From Octopus vulgaris (lineage: Eukaryota): a stretch of DNA of 64,000 nt. Both the position numbers and the translations under genes were made by a program. This document shows positions 1-11,721 of the stretch, piece by piece (within the stretch, counting starts at the first letter, position 1; each line of letters begins with the position of its first letter). The stretch is from NCBI GenBank assembly GCA_951406725.2, contig OX597819.1, forward strand, positions 113,708,001 through 113,772,000, written 5' to 3'. The notes under the pieces were generated by a model that saw nothing but the letters and a program-made list of their open reading frames with translations, made no database searches and was not told the DNA's origin.

Positions 1-219
1 CCCAATAAGTAGAACTATCCAACCCACGCCAGTATGGAAAGCAGATGTAAAATGATCACACACACACACATACATACACAGTGTAAAATAAAAGTAAAAG
101 AAGAAAAAAAGATTTGACCTTCATTTGTTTTTGTATTTAATTTGAATGTTTGTTTCTTATTTAGCTTATTATTTCATATTAGCCAATCACAACTAAATCT
201 TATTACTATCATTTTGCAG

Positions 220-281
220 TGATAGCCCTCTTGATTTGAAGATTAAAACAAACCTCATATGCGATCTTTTTAGTGCCATTG
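220..281 (+). CDS. TTLL5: TTLL5 internal exon (end of TTL catalytic domain): DSPLDLKIKTNLICDLFSAIG
   Basis: ttttgcAG acceptor (218-219) and GTaagt donor (282); phase 2 to 1. Peptide resembles the recalled human TTLL5 segment [22 protein letters not shown]. Confidence 0.92.
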
Positions 282-1444
282 GTAAGTTTCATTGGGTTTT
301 TAAAGATTTTTTAAAATTATAATTTTATCAGCTTTGGACTGAGAACATTAATGGGGCTGACTCATTTAGTTCAAGCATCTTTTAGTGTCTGCAAGATAAA
401 CGTGAGTGCAAGTGTATAAGGAGGGAGGAATTCTAGAGGGCTGTAATTCTATGGAGGAAGGACTAGGTGAAGTGCTGCCTGTAGCATATGTATGCGAGAC
501 ATGGAAAATGTTGATTAGCACCTAATCAGTTCTGATCAGACTGATGACTAATGATTAAAGGCATTCTAATCATGAAACATGATCTATTTTTTTTTCTTTT
601 GGTTGTACGTAAGATTATATGACCTAATATATCCTTTCCATAAGATGGTAATTTGAGGAAGATTTTGGCTGCTATTTCATTCTGTTCAAATGACTACATA
701 GAGGCTCCCTCATTGACTTAATACAATGACATTGGAAGGTCAGTAAATCTGTTGGACCTAAATGGAGAGGGTTTGAAGATGGTTTAGAGGAGAGGAGGGT
801 ATAGTAATAATGGCAGAAAACACAAACAGAATATCTGTGAACTCCTTAGTGGTGGTTGTGTATTGAATCTTTGCTAGTCGTCTCGATGCTCTTATTTTAA
901 ATGTGGTCAAAGATGCTGGCATACACAACTGCATCACCGTGCAATAGATTTGAGCCAGTGAAACCAGTACAGTTGTAAGAAGAGCCAGCATTTGATCAAC
1001 ACTTATGTATTTTCTGGTTCTGAAGAGAAGCTGTCTTTGTGATAGTTTTGGATGTGGCCTAGAATGTGTGTGTGTGGAGCAGTAATCTTATATATGTGTA
1101 ATACTCTGAGTCACATTTAGGCCTCCATAGATGGATAGTAGCTCAGTTAGAGCTAAATATATTCTAGCTGTAAAGACATATTTTCCATGATTTTTTTTCT
1201 GAAATAGGTGCGGTTTTGAGGGTTTTAGTTGTGTTTTTGGCATCAGACTGCATGTTACTATGTGATTTTTGTCATTGGTCTTATTGCTGACTCACTTGGA
1301 GTCCTCAAATATATGTTGGCTTTGCTCATATCAATCCTTTCTACACTCTGCTGATTATTTCTGATAAATTACTTTTATTAATTTTATATTCCTAACTACC
1401 AGATGTGTACCTTCTTTCTATTTTTCTTTATCAGAATCAAACTT

Positions 1445-1680
1445 TCACACACAATCTTGCACTCTCTCACACTCTCACACAAACTCACACACACAAATTC
1501 GCATGCAAACAGACTTGCGCACACACAGACTTGCAAGCACATGGACTCATGCGCACACACTATCACGCACACAGACTCACTCACACACACACAGACTCAC
1601 ACACACAGACTCACTCACACACACTCACACACACACACACACACACACACAGAGACTCACTCACACACACACAGACTCAC

Positions 1681-1712
<32 letters not shown>

Positions 1713-1745
1713 TCGCATGCACACTGTCTCACATGCTCACACACT
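1445..1745 (+). repeat. Compound (CA)n/(CACT)n microsatellite
   Basis: Visible low-complexity tract; source of the His/Thr-rich spurious ORFs. Confidence 0.95.
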
Positions 1746-1768
1746 GTATTCACTACTCTATATTGCAG

Positions 1769-1860
1769 GAATTGTCTGCCATGACCCAATGGTGAAGAAT
1801 TACCAACAAATTCGGAAAAATATGGAACTTGCAGCTCAGATGAACAGTGGAAAGAATAAA
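1769..1860 (+). CDS. TTLL5: TTLL5 exon: GIVCHDPMVKNYQQIRKNMELAAQMNSGKNK
   Basis: ttgcAG / GTgagt; phase 1 to 0, compatible with both neighbours. GIVCHDP matches TTLL5 GFVCQDP. Confidence 0.9.
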
Positions 1861-2876
1861 GTGAGTAGAACCGGTCAATGATCTCAGCTTAGCTTTGTCC
1901 ATTCCAAATTGGTTGTACTTCTGCAATACACACAACATTTTAACAATTTTTTTTTTTATACACTTACTAATATCTAATTGTAAAAATACAGTAAGATTTT
2001 TTTTTATATATATACTTCGCATGCCAGCCTCGCATGCCAGCCTCGCATGCCAGTCCATTGCCAGCCTCGCCTGGCCCCCGTGCCGGTGGCACGTAAAAGC
2101 ACCATCCGTTCATGGCCGTTTGCCAGCACCGTCTGGCACCTGTGCGGAGCCTTCTGGCTTCACAGACCCCAGTTGAACCGTCCAACCCATGCTAGCATGG
2201 AAAACGGACGCTAAATGATGATGATGATGATGTCTTCGAATGGCTATAGTGGTCCTGTAGAATAGGAGAGAAATCAAAGGGATTCATAGGCAGAAAATGG
2301 TTGGGAGCCACTGGCCTAATCAGAGGAAGAAGAGTAGCAGGCATGGTGTCTTTCAGGGCCTCTGAAACTGGTGGAGAGGATGGGAGCAGGTTGTCCTCAG
2401 ATCAGACCTTGTACAAATATTTGTAGTAGAGTGAACTCTGATAAAGGTATCCTAAGGCCCATGGGGTGGTGTTAAACTAGACTGTGGATTAAGTGTGTTA
2501 CTTGAAAGCGAAAGCGGTTCTTCCAACAGGCTTTCATAAAGTTTCCTTCTACGAAATATTATGTCTGGAGAAAGAACTATGGCAGACCCAAGATTGATGT
2601 GGTTGATATTTCTTGGACTACAGAAAATTCACGGACATAGAAGAAATTCAAGAGGGATGCTTTTCTTGGGAGAAAGGATTAGACAAACTGGTTAGTGTGG
2701 AGGGTCCTGGACACAATATGGATGTTGAGAAGAGACAAGTGAGTTTAGTGTAGTTGAGTAGCAGCAACACCATCCCAGATGAGGGCTTAGTATTCCATTA
2801 TAGTGTACCTTAATCCATTAGATTGTTAAAACATTGAAGATTTTGTCATTGTTGTTTAGCTGGTATCAGTAGTTAA

Positions 2877-3159
2877 CCCCTTGATAATGGTTGACGCAAA
2901 TATGTGATCACACTTTTGCTTGCTTACCCATGGCTAACATAAATATACGATGTAGAGCTGCCCTACATCTTTCCCATACTTTTTAGCGGCTGACGTATGT
3001 TTACGTTCGCTATCGTGTACTTTATCTCTTGAGGTGTGCGCACTCGCCGTCCCATGCATTATCTTAGCTATTTTAGGTTACGTTCAAGTCGTGAGACTAG
3101 CAGTAGACCAATGACATGCGAATACTTTTATAGGATTTGGGTATACCGACATCAAGGGG
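2877..3159. mobile_element. piggyBac-type MITE
   Basis: TIR CCCCTTGAT...ATCAAGGGG flanked by TTAA on both sides (2873-2876 and 3160-3163). Confidence 0.85.
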
Positions 3160-3185
3160 TTAACACTAACTTATTGGTTTTCATA

Positions 3186-3365
3186 CAGTTGGCATCCTAG
3201 AATTACAGTTAAATGAATTGAATCCATTGATGGTAATTTTTTTTATTGAGGGACAGGAAGCTAAAGGCAATTCTAGTATTGGTTTTCATCAGAACAGTTG
3301 GCATCCTAGAATTACAGTTAAATTAATTGAATCCACTGATGGTAATTTTTTTTGTTGAGGGATCA
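3186..3365 (+). repeat. Local tandem duplication (period about 109 bp)
   Basis: cagttggcatcctagaattacagttaaat...gatggtaattttttt occurs twice, right after the piggyBac MITE. Confidence 0.85.
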
Positions 3366-3531
3366 GCATAGGTGAAGGAGCGGCTGTGTGATAAGTAGCT
3401 TGCTTGTGAACCACATGGTTCTGGGTTCAGTCCCACTGCGTGGCAACTTGAGCAAGTATCTTCTATTAAAGCCTCGGGCTGACCAAAGCCTTGTGAGCGG
3501 ATTTGGTAGATGGAAACTGAAAGAAGCCCGT

Positions 3532-3562
<31 letters not shown>

Positions 3563-4379
3563 CTGCGTGTGTGTGTATGTTTGTATGTCTGTGTTTGTCC
3601 CCCCAACATCGCTTTACAACCGATGCTGATGTGTTTATGTCCCTATAACTTAGTGGTTCAGCAAAAGAGACCGATAGAATTAGTACTAGGCTTACAAAGA
3701 ATAAGTCCTGGGGTCGATTTGCTCGACTAAAGGCAGTGCTCCAGCATGGCCACAGTTGAATGACTGAAACAAGTAAAAGAGTAAAACAGTAAGCTGTAGC
3801 TGCTCAACTTGTAAGGAATCACATTGAATTATATTAAAACAAGATGGATATATTGAATAAGATAATCAGGGCAGCAATGCCTTTCATTTTAGATTTGCTT
3901 AATCAAGGCTGATCTGAGGTTAAACAATGGCAATAATTACACTAGTGGTAGCATCAACACACACACACACATATATATACAATGGGCTTCTTTCTGTTTC
4001 CAGCTACCGAATCCATTCACAAGGCTTTGGTTGGTATGAGGCTATAGTAGAAGACACTTGCCCAAGTTGCCATGCAGTGGGACTGAACCCAGATCCATGT
4101 GGTTCACAAGCAAGCTACTTACCACACAGCCACTCTTCCACCTATGTTGATTTAAAAAAAACATTAAAATGTTGAATTATAATTTTTACAGTATCCATTT
4201 CAGTAGTTCACTGTTTTGAGTTCAAATACTACTGGAATTGCTTGTAGCTTCCTGTCTCTCAATAAAAAAAATAGTTCATCTTTACTTTGTGTCTGAGAAA
4301 AAGCTGGGAGTTAAATGACTGTGTTATGTATTCTTTGAGTCACTGCTTTGTATTAGTTTGTGATGCCTTTTTTGTATAG

Positions 4380-4579
4380 CAGCCACGACGTCCAGCTTCA
4401 GCTGGTGCAAGTGCCTCAAACCAGGCAGCCAGCTACAGTAACAGCCGATATTTGAGGCGCAGCATGTCTGGACTGAACAGTGAAGAAATCAAAATAGTGA
4501 GACGAGTTAAAGAAGAAGAATCTCGTAAAGGAGGATGGATCCGGTTGTTTCCATCACCGGATTCTTGGGATTTGTATTC
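4380..4579 (+). CDS. TTLL5: TTLL5 exon: QPRRPASA...GLNSEEIKIVRRVKEEESRKGGWIRLFPSPDSWDLYS (cationic microtubule-binding region)
   Basis: TAG-CAG tandem acceptor and GTaagt donor; phase 0 to 2. Matches recalled TTLL5 [36 protein letters not shown]. Confidence 0.95.
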
Positions 4580-4609
4580 GTAAGTAGATTTCTATTTATT
4601 TAAAAAAAA

Positions 4610-5020
4610 TAATAATGAAATTATTGTATACAGTGCTCAGGTGCACCACAACTTGTCAGAGTATATGCAGTAATGTACAAATGTCTGGAAAGCGAACAAT
4701 GCATGAGTCAGATACATGCCTGTGTGTGTATGGATGGGAGAAAATCAGGTGTAGTGTTGGCGAATCTCAGAAAGCATGGAAGTTTTGAAGGATGCAGTGC
4801 TCCGACAACTAACAATTGATGCCGGCAGTTTGTTCCATGCTTCAGCAACTCTCAGCGTGAAAAACTGTTTCCGAAAGTCATTGGAGCTGTGCTGTTTTCT
4901 GACTTTGTAAATATGTCCACGGGTGTTAGATGGGTGGAGTTTGAAAAGGTGCTCAGAGTTATTGTTTGTAGGATGGTTGATAATTTTATGGGTGTCTGTC
5001 AAGTCAGCTGCCATACTGTT
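4610..5020 (-). mobile_element. CR1/L2-group LINE 3' fragment
   Basis: ORF 4745-5053 contains NTRGHIYKVRKQ...RKQFFTLRVAEAWNKLP...SFK, the typical CR1-group ORF2 end, followed by a 3' UTR and ATT tail. Confidence 0.85.
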
Positions 5021-5034
5021 TCTTTTCTTTATAT

Positions 5035-5284
5035 TGTGACGTATATTTGCCATTTAAATATGGCTAACCCCTAAGGGTGGATGCTACTGTAGTTTGTAGC
5101 CCCAGGAGGACACCTCCTCCAGCTAGCTTATAGACACACTTTCTGTGCCCTATCAGTATTTGCAAAGGGAAGCCATCCTTGCCGTCTCCAATTTATGATA
5201 CACACGGACTCGAGTTTCTGGATATTGACCCGTCATCAGCGTGTAACAATCACAGTTGTCTATGAAAAGTAGATTCCCTTCACA
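5035..5284. mobile_element. 250-bp GC-richer element with TGTGA...TCACA ends, carrying the hammerhead at 5202-5244
   Basis: 5-bp inverted termini, compositional contrast with the flanks; no clear target-site duplication. Boundaries are inferred. Confidence 0.4.
5202..5244 (-). ncRNA. Minimal type-I hammerhead ribozyme motif, near-intact
   Basis: Minus strand reads ACACG-CUGAUGA-C-GGGU-CAAU-AUCC-A-GAAA-C-UCGA-G-UC-CGUGU: 5-bp stem I, both core boxes, 4-bp stem II, stem III with palindromic loop, GUC triplet. Confidence 0.8.
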
Positions 5285-6205
5285 AATACATATACTTTTT
5301 CCAGTATCGTAAAGACACTGATATCGAAAAAGTGTAAACAAGCGGAAAAAAAACAAAAAAAATACTACTTGAGCACTAATGGACTAACCAGCTTACTCCA
5401 AAATTTCAGGTCTTGTTCCTATCATAGAGAGGTTTGTTACTATTATTGTCATAGTACCTGTTAAAAAAAGACATGGAGATTTGTGTGTCTGTCTGTCTTT
5501 CTATTTATGTGCAATATGTGTTGTCATGCATCAGCAACAAATGCCAAATGTTTTCACACTTTCATGATGAAAAACATACACAACTCTCTCTCTCTCTCTC
5601 TCTGATAAATGCTTCTATTTTCTACCCCACCCCTTCTGTCCTCTTTTTATTGTCTTTCTCTTGCTAGCTTCCTTATTTTGTAGTATTTTTTTTCTTTCTC
5701 TTTTCCTTTCTATGTGTTGTTCCTTTTCTTTTTCTTTGTCTCTTCCTGCAAGTGTGACGTATATGCACATGAATGTTCCTTCAACTCACATTTTAATTCT
5801 CTCTCTCTTTCCCCCCCTCTCTCTCTCTCTCTCCCACCTCTCTCTCCTGCTCACTATAGCACTTCTTCCTTCAACTGACATTTCTAAACTGTGCAAGAAT
5901 CCAACAAAGAAAGGAACATGACTCAGCCTTACATATATATATATATATATGCATAAGCCTGAGAGAGGACGTGTGGGTGTATTTGAGGCTGGCAGAATCA
6001 TTAGCTTACTGGGCAAAATACTTAGCCTTTTCATCTATCTTTACATTCTGAATTCACATTCCACCAAGGTCGACTTTTCATCCCTTTGGAGTTAAGTACC
6101 AGTCATATACTGAGGTTTATGTAATCAACCTAACCCTTTCCCACAAAATTTCAGGCCTCATGCATAAGTAGAAGGGATTATCATTTATTCATTTGTTTAT
6201 TTCAG

Positions 6206-6268
6206 GCCTTTCTTGCAGTTCTCAACCACACATAATTTGATGTTGCACCAACGACTTTATCCTCAGAG
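6206..6268 (+). CDS. TTLL5: TTLL5 exon: PFLQFSTTHNLMLHQRLYPQR
   Basis: tttcAG / GTttgt; phase 2 to 2. Resembles TTLL5 SYLEHKTSMNYMLATRLF. Confidence 0.88.
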
Positions 6269-6503
6269 GTTTGTAAAGTTTTAACATTAGTCTTTCTAAG
6301 ATGTATTTTTTTTTGTCATCACCATTATACATACATATACCCAGGCTTTTCCCCATTTTTTTTAGGAGTGGGTATCCACAACAAGACACACACACCATGC
6401 ATTCCATTCATTTTCCAGCTCAAAGAGGTGAGCCCCATCACAACAGCTTGACCTGACAGCATATGCTAGTTTACCCCCACTGCATCATGCTGGTTCCATA
6501 CCC

Positions 6504-6914
6504 GGATCTTTTCGGTTTGAACGGCAGTTTTTTAACATAATTTCTAGGTAACTAAAAAATTCTAAACTTCGTATACTGGTAGAATGTGTTTATATAACAT
6601 CTTTTTCTCTTGGCTTTATTGAGAAAATTCTATAGTTTGTAAGATATTTGGTTTTTTTTTCTTCAATTTCTGCAATTTCAACCAATCAGTGATGTCTATT
6701 GAGGTAAAATAAATTCTGTGCCGTATGAATATGTCCCTCGTTTAAGAAACAGATTGGGTTTATTTACATTTGTGAAGAAAAAAAGATGCCCTTCCCCCCA
6801 CCCCTAACCCTAAAACAGATTGAAATGCAATAGAGCGGTACTAGGGTCATAATTATGGGTGACAATTTCATATGACACCACTAGAAAAAACTGCCGTTCA
6901 AACCGAAAAGATCT
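6504..6914. mobile_element. MITE with about 30-bp TIRs and an 8-bp TSD (Merlin/MULE-like; superfamily uncertain)
   Basis: GGATCTTTTCGGTTTGAACGGCAGTTTTTT ... AAAAAACTGCCGTTCAAACCGAAAAGATCT; flanks ccataccc / ccacaccc. Confidence 0.85.
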
Positions 6915-6929
6915 CCACACCCCTTTGAG

Positions 6930-7290
6930 CAATATCATATTCACTCATCTGTCAACAAACACTCACCAAGCTTTCCTATCATTTATAAATCTTTTGCTCT
7001 CTCATTCCAACACCTCTAACTACCAAAGCTTTCCTCACTTCATCCATCCACACAAACCCAGGTCTGCCTCTGGTTCTGCTGCCTACCACTTCTGCCTCCA
7101 TCACCCTCCTCATCTTTCCTCTCCATGTGGCCAAACCACCTCAATATTCGTCTGTCCATTTTGGTTGTTAGTTTTTCTCTCATTCTTGCTCGTCTTTCCA
7201 CCTCCTCATTCCTCACCCTGTCCATCCATGTCACACCAACCATAACCTTCAAACACCTCATCTCATTACCATTATAAAATCTAAAAATAG
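6930..7290 (-). mobile_element. Older RTE-type LINE fragment
   Basis: ORF 7040-7312: EMRCLKVMVGVTWMDRVRNEEV...ILRWFGHMER. Confidence 0.8.
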
Positions 7291-8655
7291 GTTTATACTC
7301 AGCATACATCATACCTCCTATTTTCTTTGCTAATCATCAGTTATTCTGTTTTCCATGCTGGAAAGGACTGAATGGATCTCACTTTCTGATTTGGTTCTTA
7401 TTCAAAGTTACTTATTTCTGAGCTGGGATATTATGGCACCACATAAGCACTCATTCCAGCACCATGAAAGGGCACTTGTGCCAGCACCACATATATAGTA
7501 TTTGTGCTGGTGTCATCATGTAAACAGCACTTCTGCTGGTTCCACATAAAAGCTCCTGTGCTGATGCCACATAAGCAGCACCCAGTAGACTCTGTAAAGT
7601 GGTTGGTGTTAGGAAGGACATCCAGCTGTAGAAGCTATGCCAAAACAGACAAATGGAGCCCTAGCAACTCTCTCTGGCTTGCCCAGCTCCTGTCAAACTG
7701 CCCAACTCATGCCAGCATGATGATGGAAAGAGGATTATGACACATTCATTCTATTTTTGGCCTGTTTTCTATGACTTGATACCATTCCTAACTGCAACCA
7801 CAACCTGGTAGCAGGATGTGGACCTTTGAGATAAATCATCATCATCATCATCATCATTTAACGTCCGTTTTCCATGCTAGCATGGGTTGGACGGTTCGAC
7901 CGGGGTCTGGTAAGCCATGGAGGCTGCACCAGGCTCCAGTCTGATTTGGCAGTATTTCTACGGCTGGATGCCCTTCCTAACGCCAACCACTCTGTGAGTG
8001 TAGTGGGTGCTTTTTACATGCCACCGGCACAGGGGCCAGAGCAGGCTGGCAAACGGCCACAATCAGTTGGTGTTTTTACATGTCACCGACACGAATGCCA
8101 GTCAGGCGGCGCTGGCATCTGCCATATTTGGATGGTGCTTTTTACATGTCACCGGCACGGGTGTCTTAACTACAATTTCCATTTGAATTTTTGTTTTGAT
8201 GTTGATGTACTTGACTCGATAGGTCTCCTCAAGAACAGCGGGTAAATGATTTGTGAAAACTAATAAGAAATGAAGTGAGCATGCTTTGAATGTGTCGTGT
8301 TAGTGTGTTTGAACAATGGAGCATTAATAAGCTGAGAGAAAAAGACTGATGGAATCAAATAATATGGTATGAATGTGTGTGATGTACATGGAAGATGTCA
8401 ATCGTATGAAGAAGCGTGAATTTCTCTAAAAAGATGGAACCTTAGGAAGAAGAGGACTAATGAAGACCTGAGGTGAAATGAAGACTGACCTTAAGTGGCA
8501 GAATCCCATGAAAGAAATGACACATGACTCCTTCAGAAATTGCAATTTTTGTGCCTAAATTAAAGACCATTATTGTTGTTCTTAAACAGTAGTAGTATTT
8601 GTTTCTATCATTTTAAACTGTCCTAATTAACTTTTTTTTTTTTTTAATTCTCAAG

Positions 8656-8715
8656 ACACAAAGCTATGATGTACAAATGTCTCACACCAATTAACTCACT
8701 TGCAGCTCGAGCAAA
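8656..8715 (+). CDS. TTLL5: TTLL5 exon (poorly conserved linker): HKAMMYKCLTPINSLAARAK
   Basis: Poly-T tract + caAG acceptor, GTaagt donor, open frame, phase 2 to 2 fits the chain. No homology recognised. Confidence 0.72.
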
Positions 8716-9137
8716 GTAAGTTTTTGTCTATCTTATCAGCTTTTGTCTATCTTATCAGCTTTTGTCTATCTTCTCTTTTAATCTCTCTCTCTCTCTGAGA
8801 TATATCGTATATAATTTTTATATACATATCCATAATGTATATGGATCCATATAAGTCCCAACCACTTTAAACTGTAGAGGCAATCCACTGGAACAGATGA
8901 GTGTGTCATTTTCATACAGTGCAAATTCCAATTTTTCTCACAGAAAAAGTTGTTATAGAATAGTGTCCTTTCCCAGTGAAGTACTGTCTTGCATCTACTT
9001 AATGTCACAAAAACTGATATCTGAAAAGCAATGTGTTGCTGTGTTATATTTCTGTATGTGATGTAACTGATAAAAACTATTATTTATTAGCATCGGAAAA
9101 TAACATATGTGATCTGTCTGTCTGTCTCTCATTGCAG

Positions 9138-9210
<73 letters not shown>

Positions 9211-9642
9211 TTCTCTCTCTCTCATTGCATTCTCTGTCTCTCTTTCTCACATTTTTGCTTCAAGTTATATTAACCTCTGCTTTGATTGAAACTGATTGAA
9301 AATTGTGTTTGTATATACAAATAATCATCTGCCCTGCAAAGATTTTAGCAAACTTGACTGGGGAAGGCAGGATATTTAAAATCTTTACTGAATGCTTGAA
9401 CCCTGATTAAAAAAAAGAAAGAAAATTGAGAATTGTATGAGGTTGATTGTACCAATGTGACAATAGAGATGGTACCAGCTAATAGCTATCAATATTCAAA
9501 CATGTAATTCCACCATGGATGACTTTGCCTTTCATCCTTTTGGGGTTGATAAAGTAAGTGCCAGTTAAGCTCTGGGGTTGATTTAATCAACTAGTCCTCT
9601 ACCTGGAAATTTCCGGCCTTGTGCCAAAATTTGAAACTATAT

Positions 9643-10043
9643 AGGTGCAGGAGTGGCTGTGTGGTAAGTAGCTTGCTTACCAACCACATGGTTCTGGGTT
9701 CAGTCCCACTGCGTGGCACCTTGGGCAAGTGTCTTCTACTATAGCCTCGGGCCGACCAAAGCCTTGTGAGTGGATTTGGTAGACGGAAACTGAAAGAAGC
9801 CTGTCGTATATGTATATATATATGTGTGTGTGTTTGTGTGTCTGTGTCTGTCCTCCCAACACCGCTTGAGAACCGATGCTGTTGTGTTTACATCCCCATA
9901 ACTTAGCGGTTCGGCAAAAGAGACCGATAGAATAAGTACTAGGCTTACAAAGAATAAGTCCCGGGGTCGATTTGCTCGACTAAAGGCGGTGCTCCAGCAT
10001 GGCCGCGTCAAATGACAGAAACGAGTAAAAGAGTAAAGAGTAA
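9643..10043 (+). mobile_element. SINE family A (about 400 bp, tRNA-like head, internal (TA)n(TG)n, (AAGAGTAA)n tail). Other + copies: 3370-3790, 36468-36860, 47000-47412, 53824-54310, 55868-56546, 60158-60549
   Basis: Near-identical dispersed copies; A-box-like TGGCTGTGTGG, B-box-like GGTTCAGTCCC, CORE-like ccttgggcaagtgtctt. Confidence 0.9.
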
Positions 10044-10108
10044 GATTCAGGCATGTAGTACAGTTTATGGTACCACCACCACTCTAATGGGTGTTCCCTC
10101 TTTTTCAG

Positions 10109-10166
10109 GTCTTTGTACAACAACTTGACAAACAGCGTCAGCAATCTGTCCAAATTTGAGAATGAG
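10109..10166 (+). CDS. TTLL5: TTLL5 exon (linker): SLYNNLTNSVSNLSKFENE
   Basis: ctctttttcAG / GTaagt; phase 2 to 0, which is needed to join the flanking exons. Confidence 0.78.
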
Positions 10167-11564
10167 GTAAGTTTTTGCTCACATTTTGGCTTGGAGCTTT
10201 TCCTACATAGCTTCCTTAGTTGTCTTTTCGTGGGATGGTAGGAAGAAGGGATGGGCCTGATGATATTTTTTTTTTAATTCTGTTCTTTTAATTACATTGG
10301 AATTACTGGTTCTTATAACTTGCATGCATACTTTTATGTACACATGCATTTGCAACACACACACACACACACACATAGCCATTGGGGTAGCCATGTATCT
10401 CTACTGCAATATACTTATTTCTGTCCATGTATCCACACTCTAAGCTCTCTTATCACTTGGCATAAAGCCGCTTCCTTCAATACTACACAGATCTCAGTTA
10501 AGGGGTCTTATCTTGTAAGTTATTTGTTGAGCTCACTAGTGCCAATATTTTGTTGATATATTAGGAAGGGCATACGACTGTAGAAACCATGCCAAGGTAG
10601 AGCTTAGTGCAGACTCTGGCTTGCTGACACCTGCCAGTCTGTCCAACCCATGCCAGCATGGAAAATGGATATTAAACAATGATGCTGATGATGATACTGA
10701 CTTTCCCCTCTCTCATATGATCCTGTGTCTCTCAATTTGCAACGCTAGTTTTTGTTTTTTTAAATAAAAAATGAAGCCTTTATAGGTCTGCATGTTCAGG
10801 GCAGACTTTGGACCAAACAATAACAACACACAACTATTAACATATACATGTTATAAGGGTACACATATATATATATATATGTATATATATATGTATCATC
10901 ATCATCATCGTTTAACGTCCTTTTTCCATGCTAGCATGGGTTGGATGGTTCGACCGGGATCTGGGAAGCCAGGAGGCTACACCAGGCACCAGTCTGATCT
11001 GGCAGTGTTTCTACAGCTGGATGCCCTTTCTAACGCCAACCACTCTGTGAGTGTAGTGGGTGCTTTTTATGTGCCACCGGCACAGATACACTAAAATTTA
11101 GACATTTACATATTCTAAAACATACTTGGATACACCCCTACCATGCGAATATATAGAAACTCATTTGTTGACATATACACATGTGGATTCAGCTGTAAGC
11201 TATAATAGATGATACTTGCCCAAGGTGCCACATGATGTTGGTGTGATTGATGCCAATCCTCATGAAACACTCACCAAATTTCCTTTTGATTCATAGCCTA
11301 ACATCTTTAAAACATTAGTACATTGCATTGCATAAATACACTATAACCGAGAAAAAGATGATCAGATTATGGCCAGAGAGAATACTCTTATTTCTAGTGA
11401 ACTCAATCAGGGTTTACCTGGAGTTAAATAATGACAACAACTGTTAAATAACAACATTCACACAGATACACCTTTGGTTGCACCTCTACAAATATATAGA
11501 AGCGCCACACCACAAAAGTGTTACTGCTGCACCCTAACATTCATCCTACTGTATCATTGACCAG

Positions 11565-11721
11565 AACTGTGAGTCGTTTATTCTGGCACAGAGCCGTGCC
11601 CAACAGTACGAGCGAAGACTGGATGACAGAAGAAAGGCATCTGCAATGGGAAAGGGAGATAAGAAGAAGCGACGTCGAAAGAGGCATTCGGTAACCCTTC
11701 GCTCAAATGTATCTGTTCACA
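11565..11721 (+). CDS. TTLL5: TTLL5 exon: NCESFILAQSRAQQYERRLDDRRK...KKKRRRKRHSVTLRSNVSVH
   Basis: ccAG / GTaagt; phase 0 to 1. YERRL plus basic cluster resembles TTLL5 LYERKLLSLEVRKRRRR. Confidence 0.82.

Noticed and set aside
541-580. Isolated CTGATGA/CTGAAGA hits (also near 1020, 29398 and 44663)
   Set aside because: No stem II, GAAA and stem I arrangement; chance matches.
1396-1768. His/Thr- and Cys/Val-rich ORFs here, and the many YIYI, CVCV, LSLS and ERER ORFs across the window
   Set aside because: Translations of (CA)n, (TA)n, (TG)n and (CT)n microsatellites; no splice or homology support.
6800-6815. CCCTAA telomeric repeats
   Set aside because: Only two units, internal to a MITE.
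9677-9862. Recurrent short ORFs ending IVEDTCPRCHAVGLNPEPCGW that look like a gene family
   Set aside because: Antisense translation of the family A SINE head.
11691-11696. Alternative donor GTAACC in the 11565 exon
   Set aside because: Phase 0 is incompatible with the phase-1 exon at 14137; the GTAAGT at 11722 fits.
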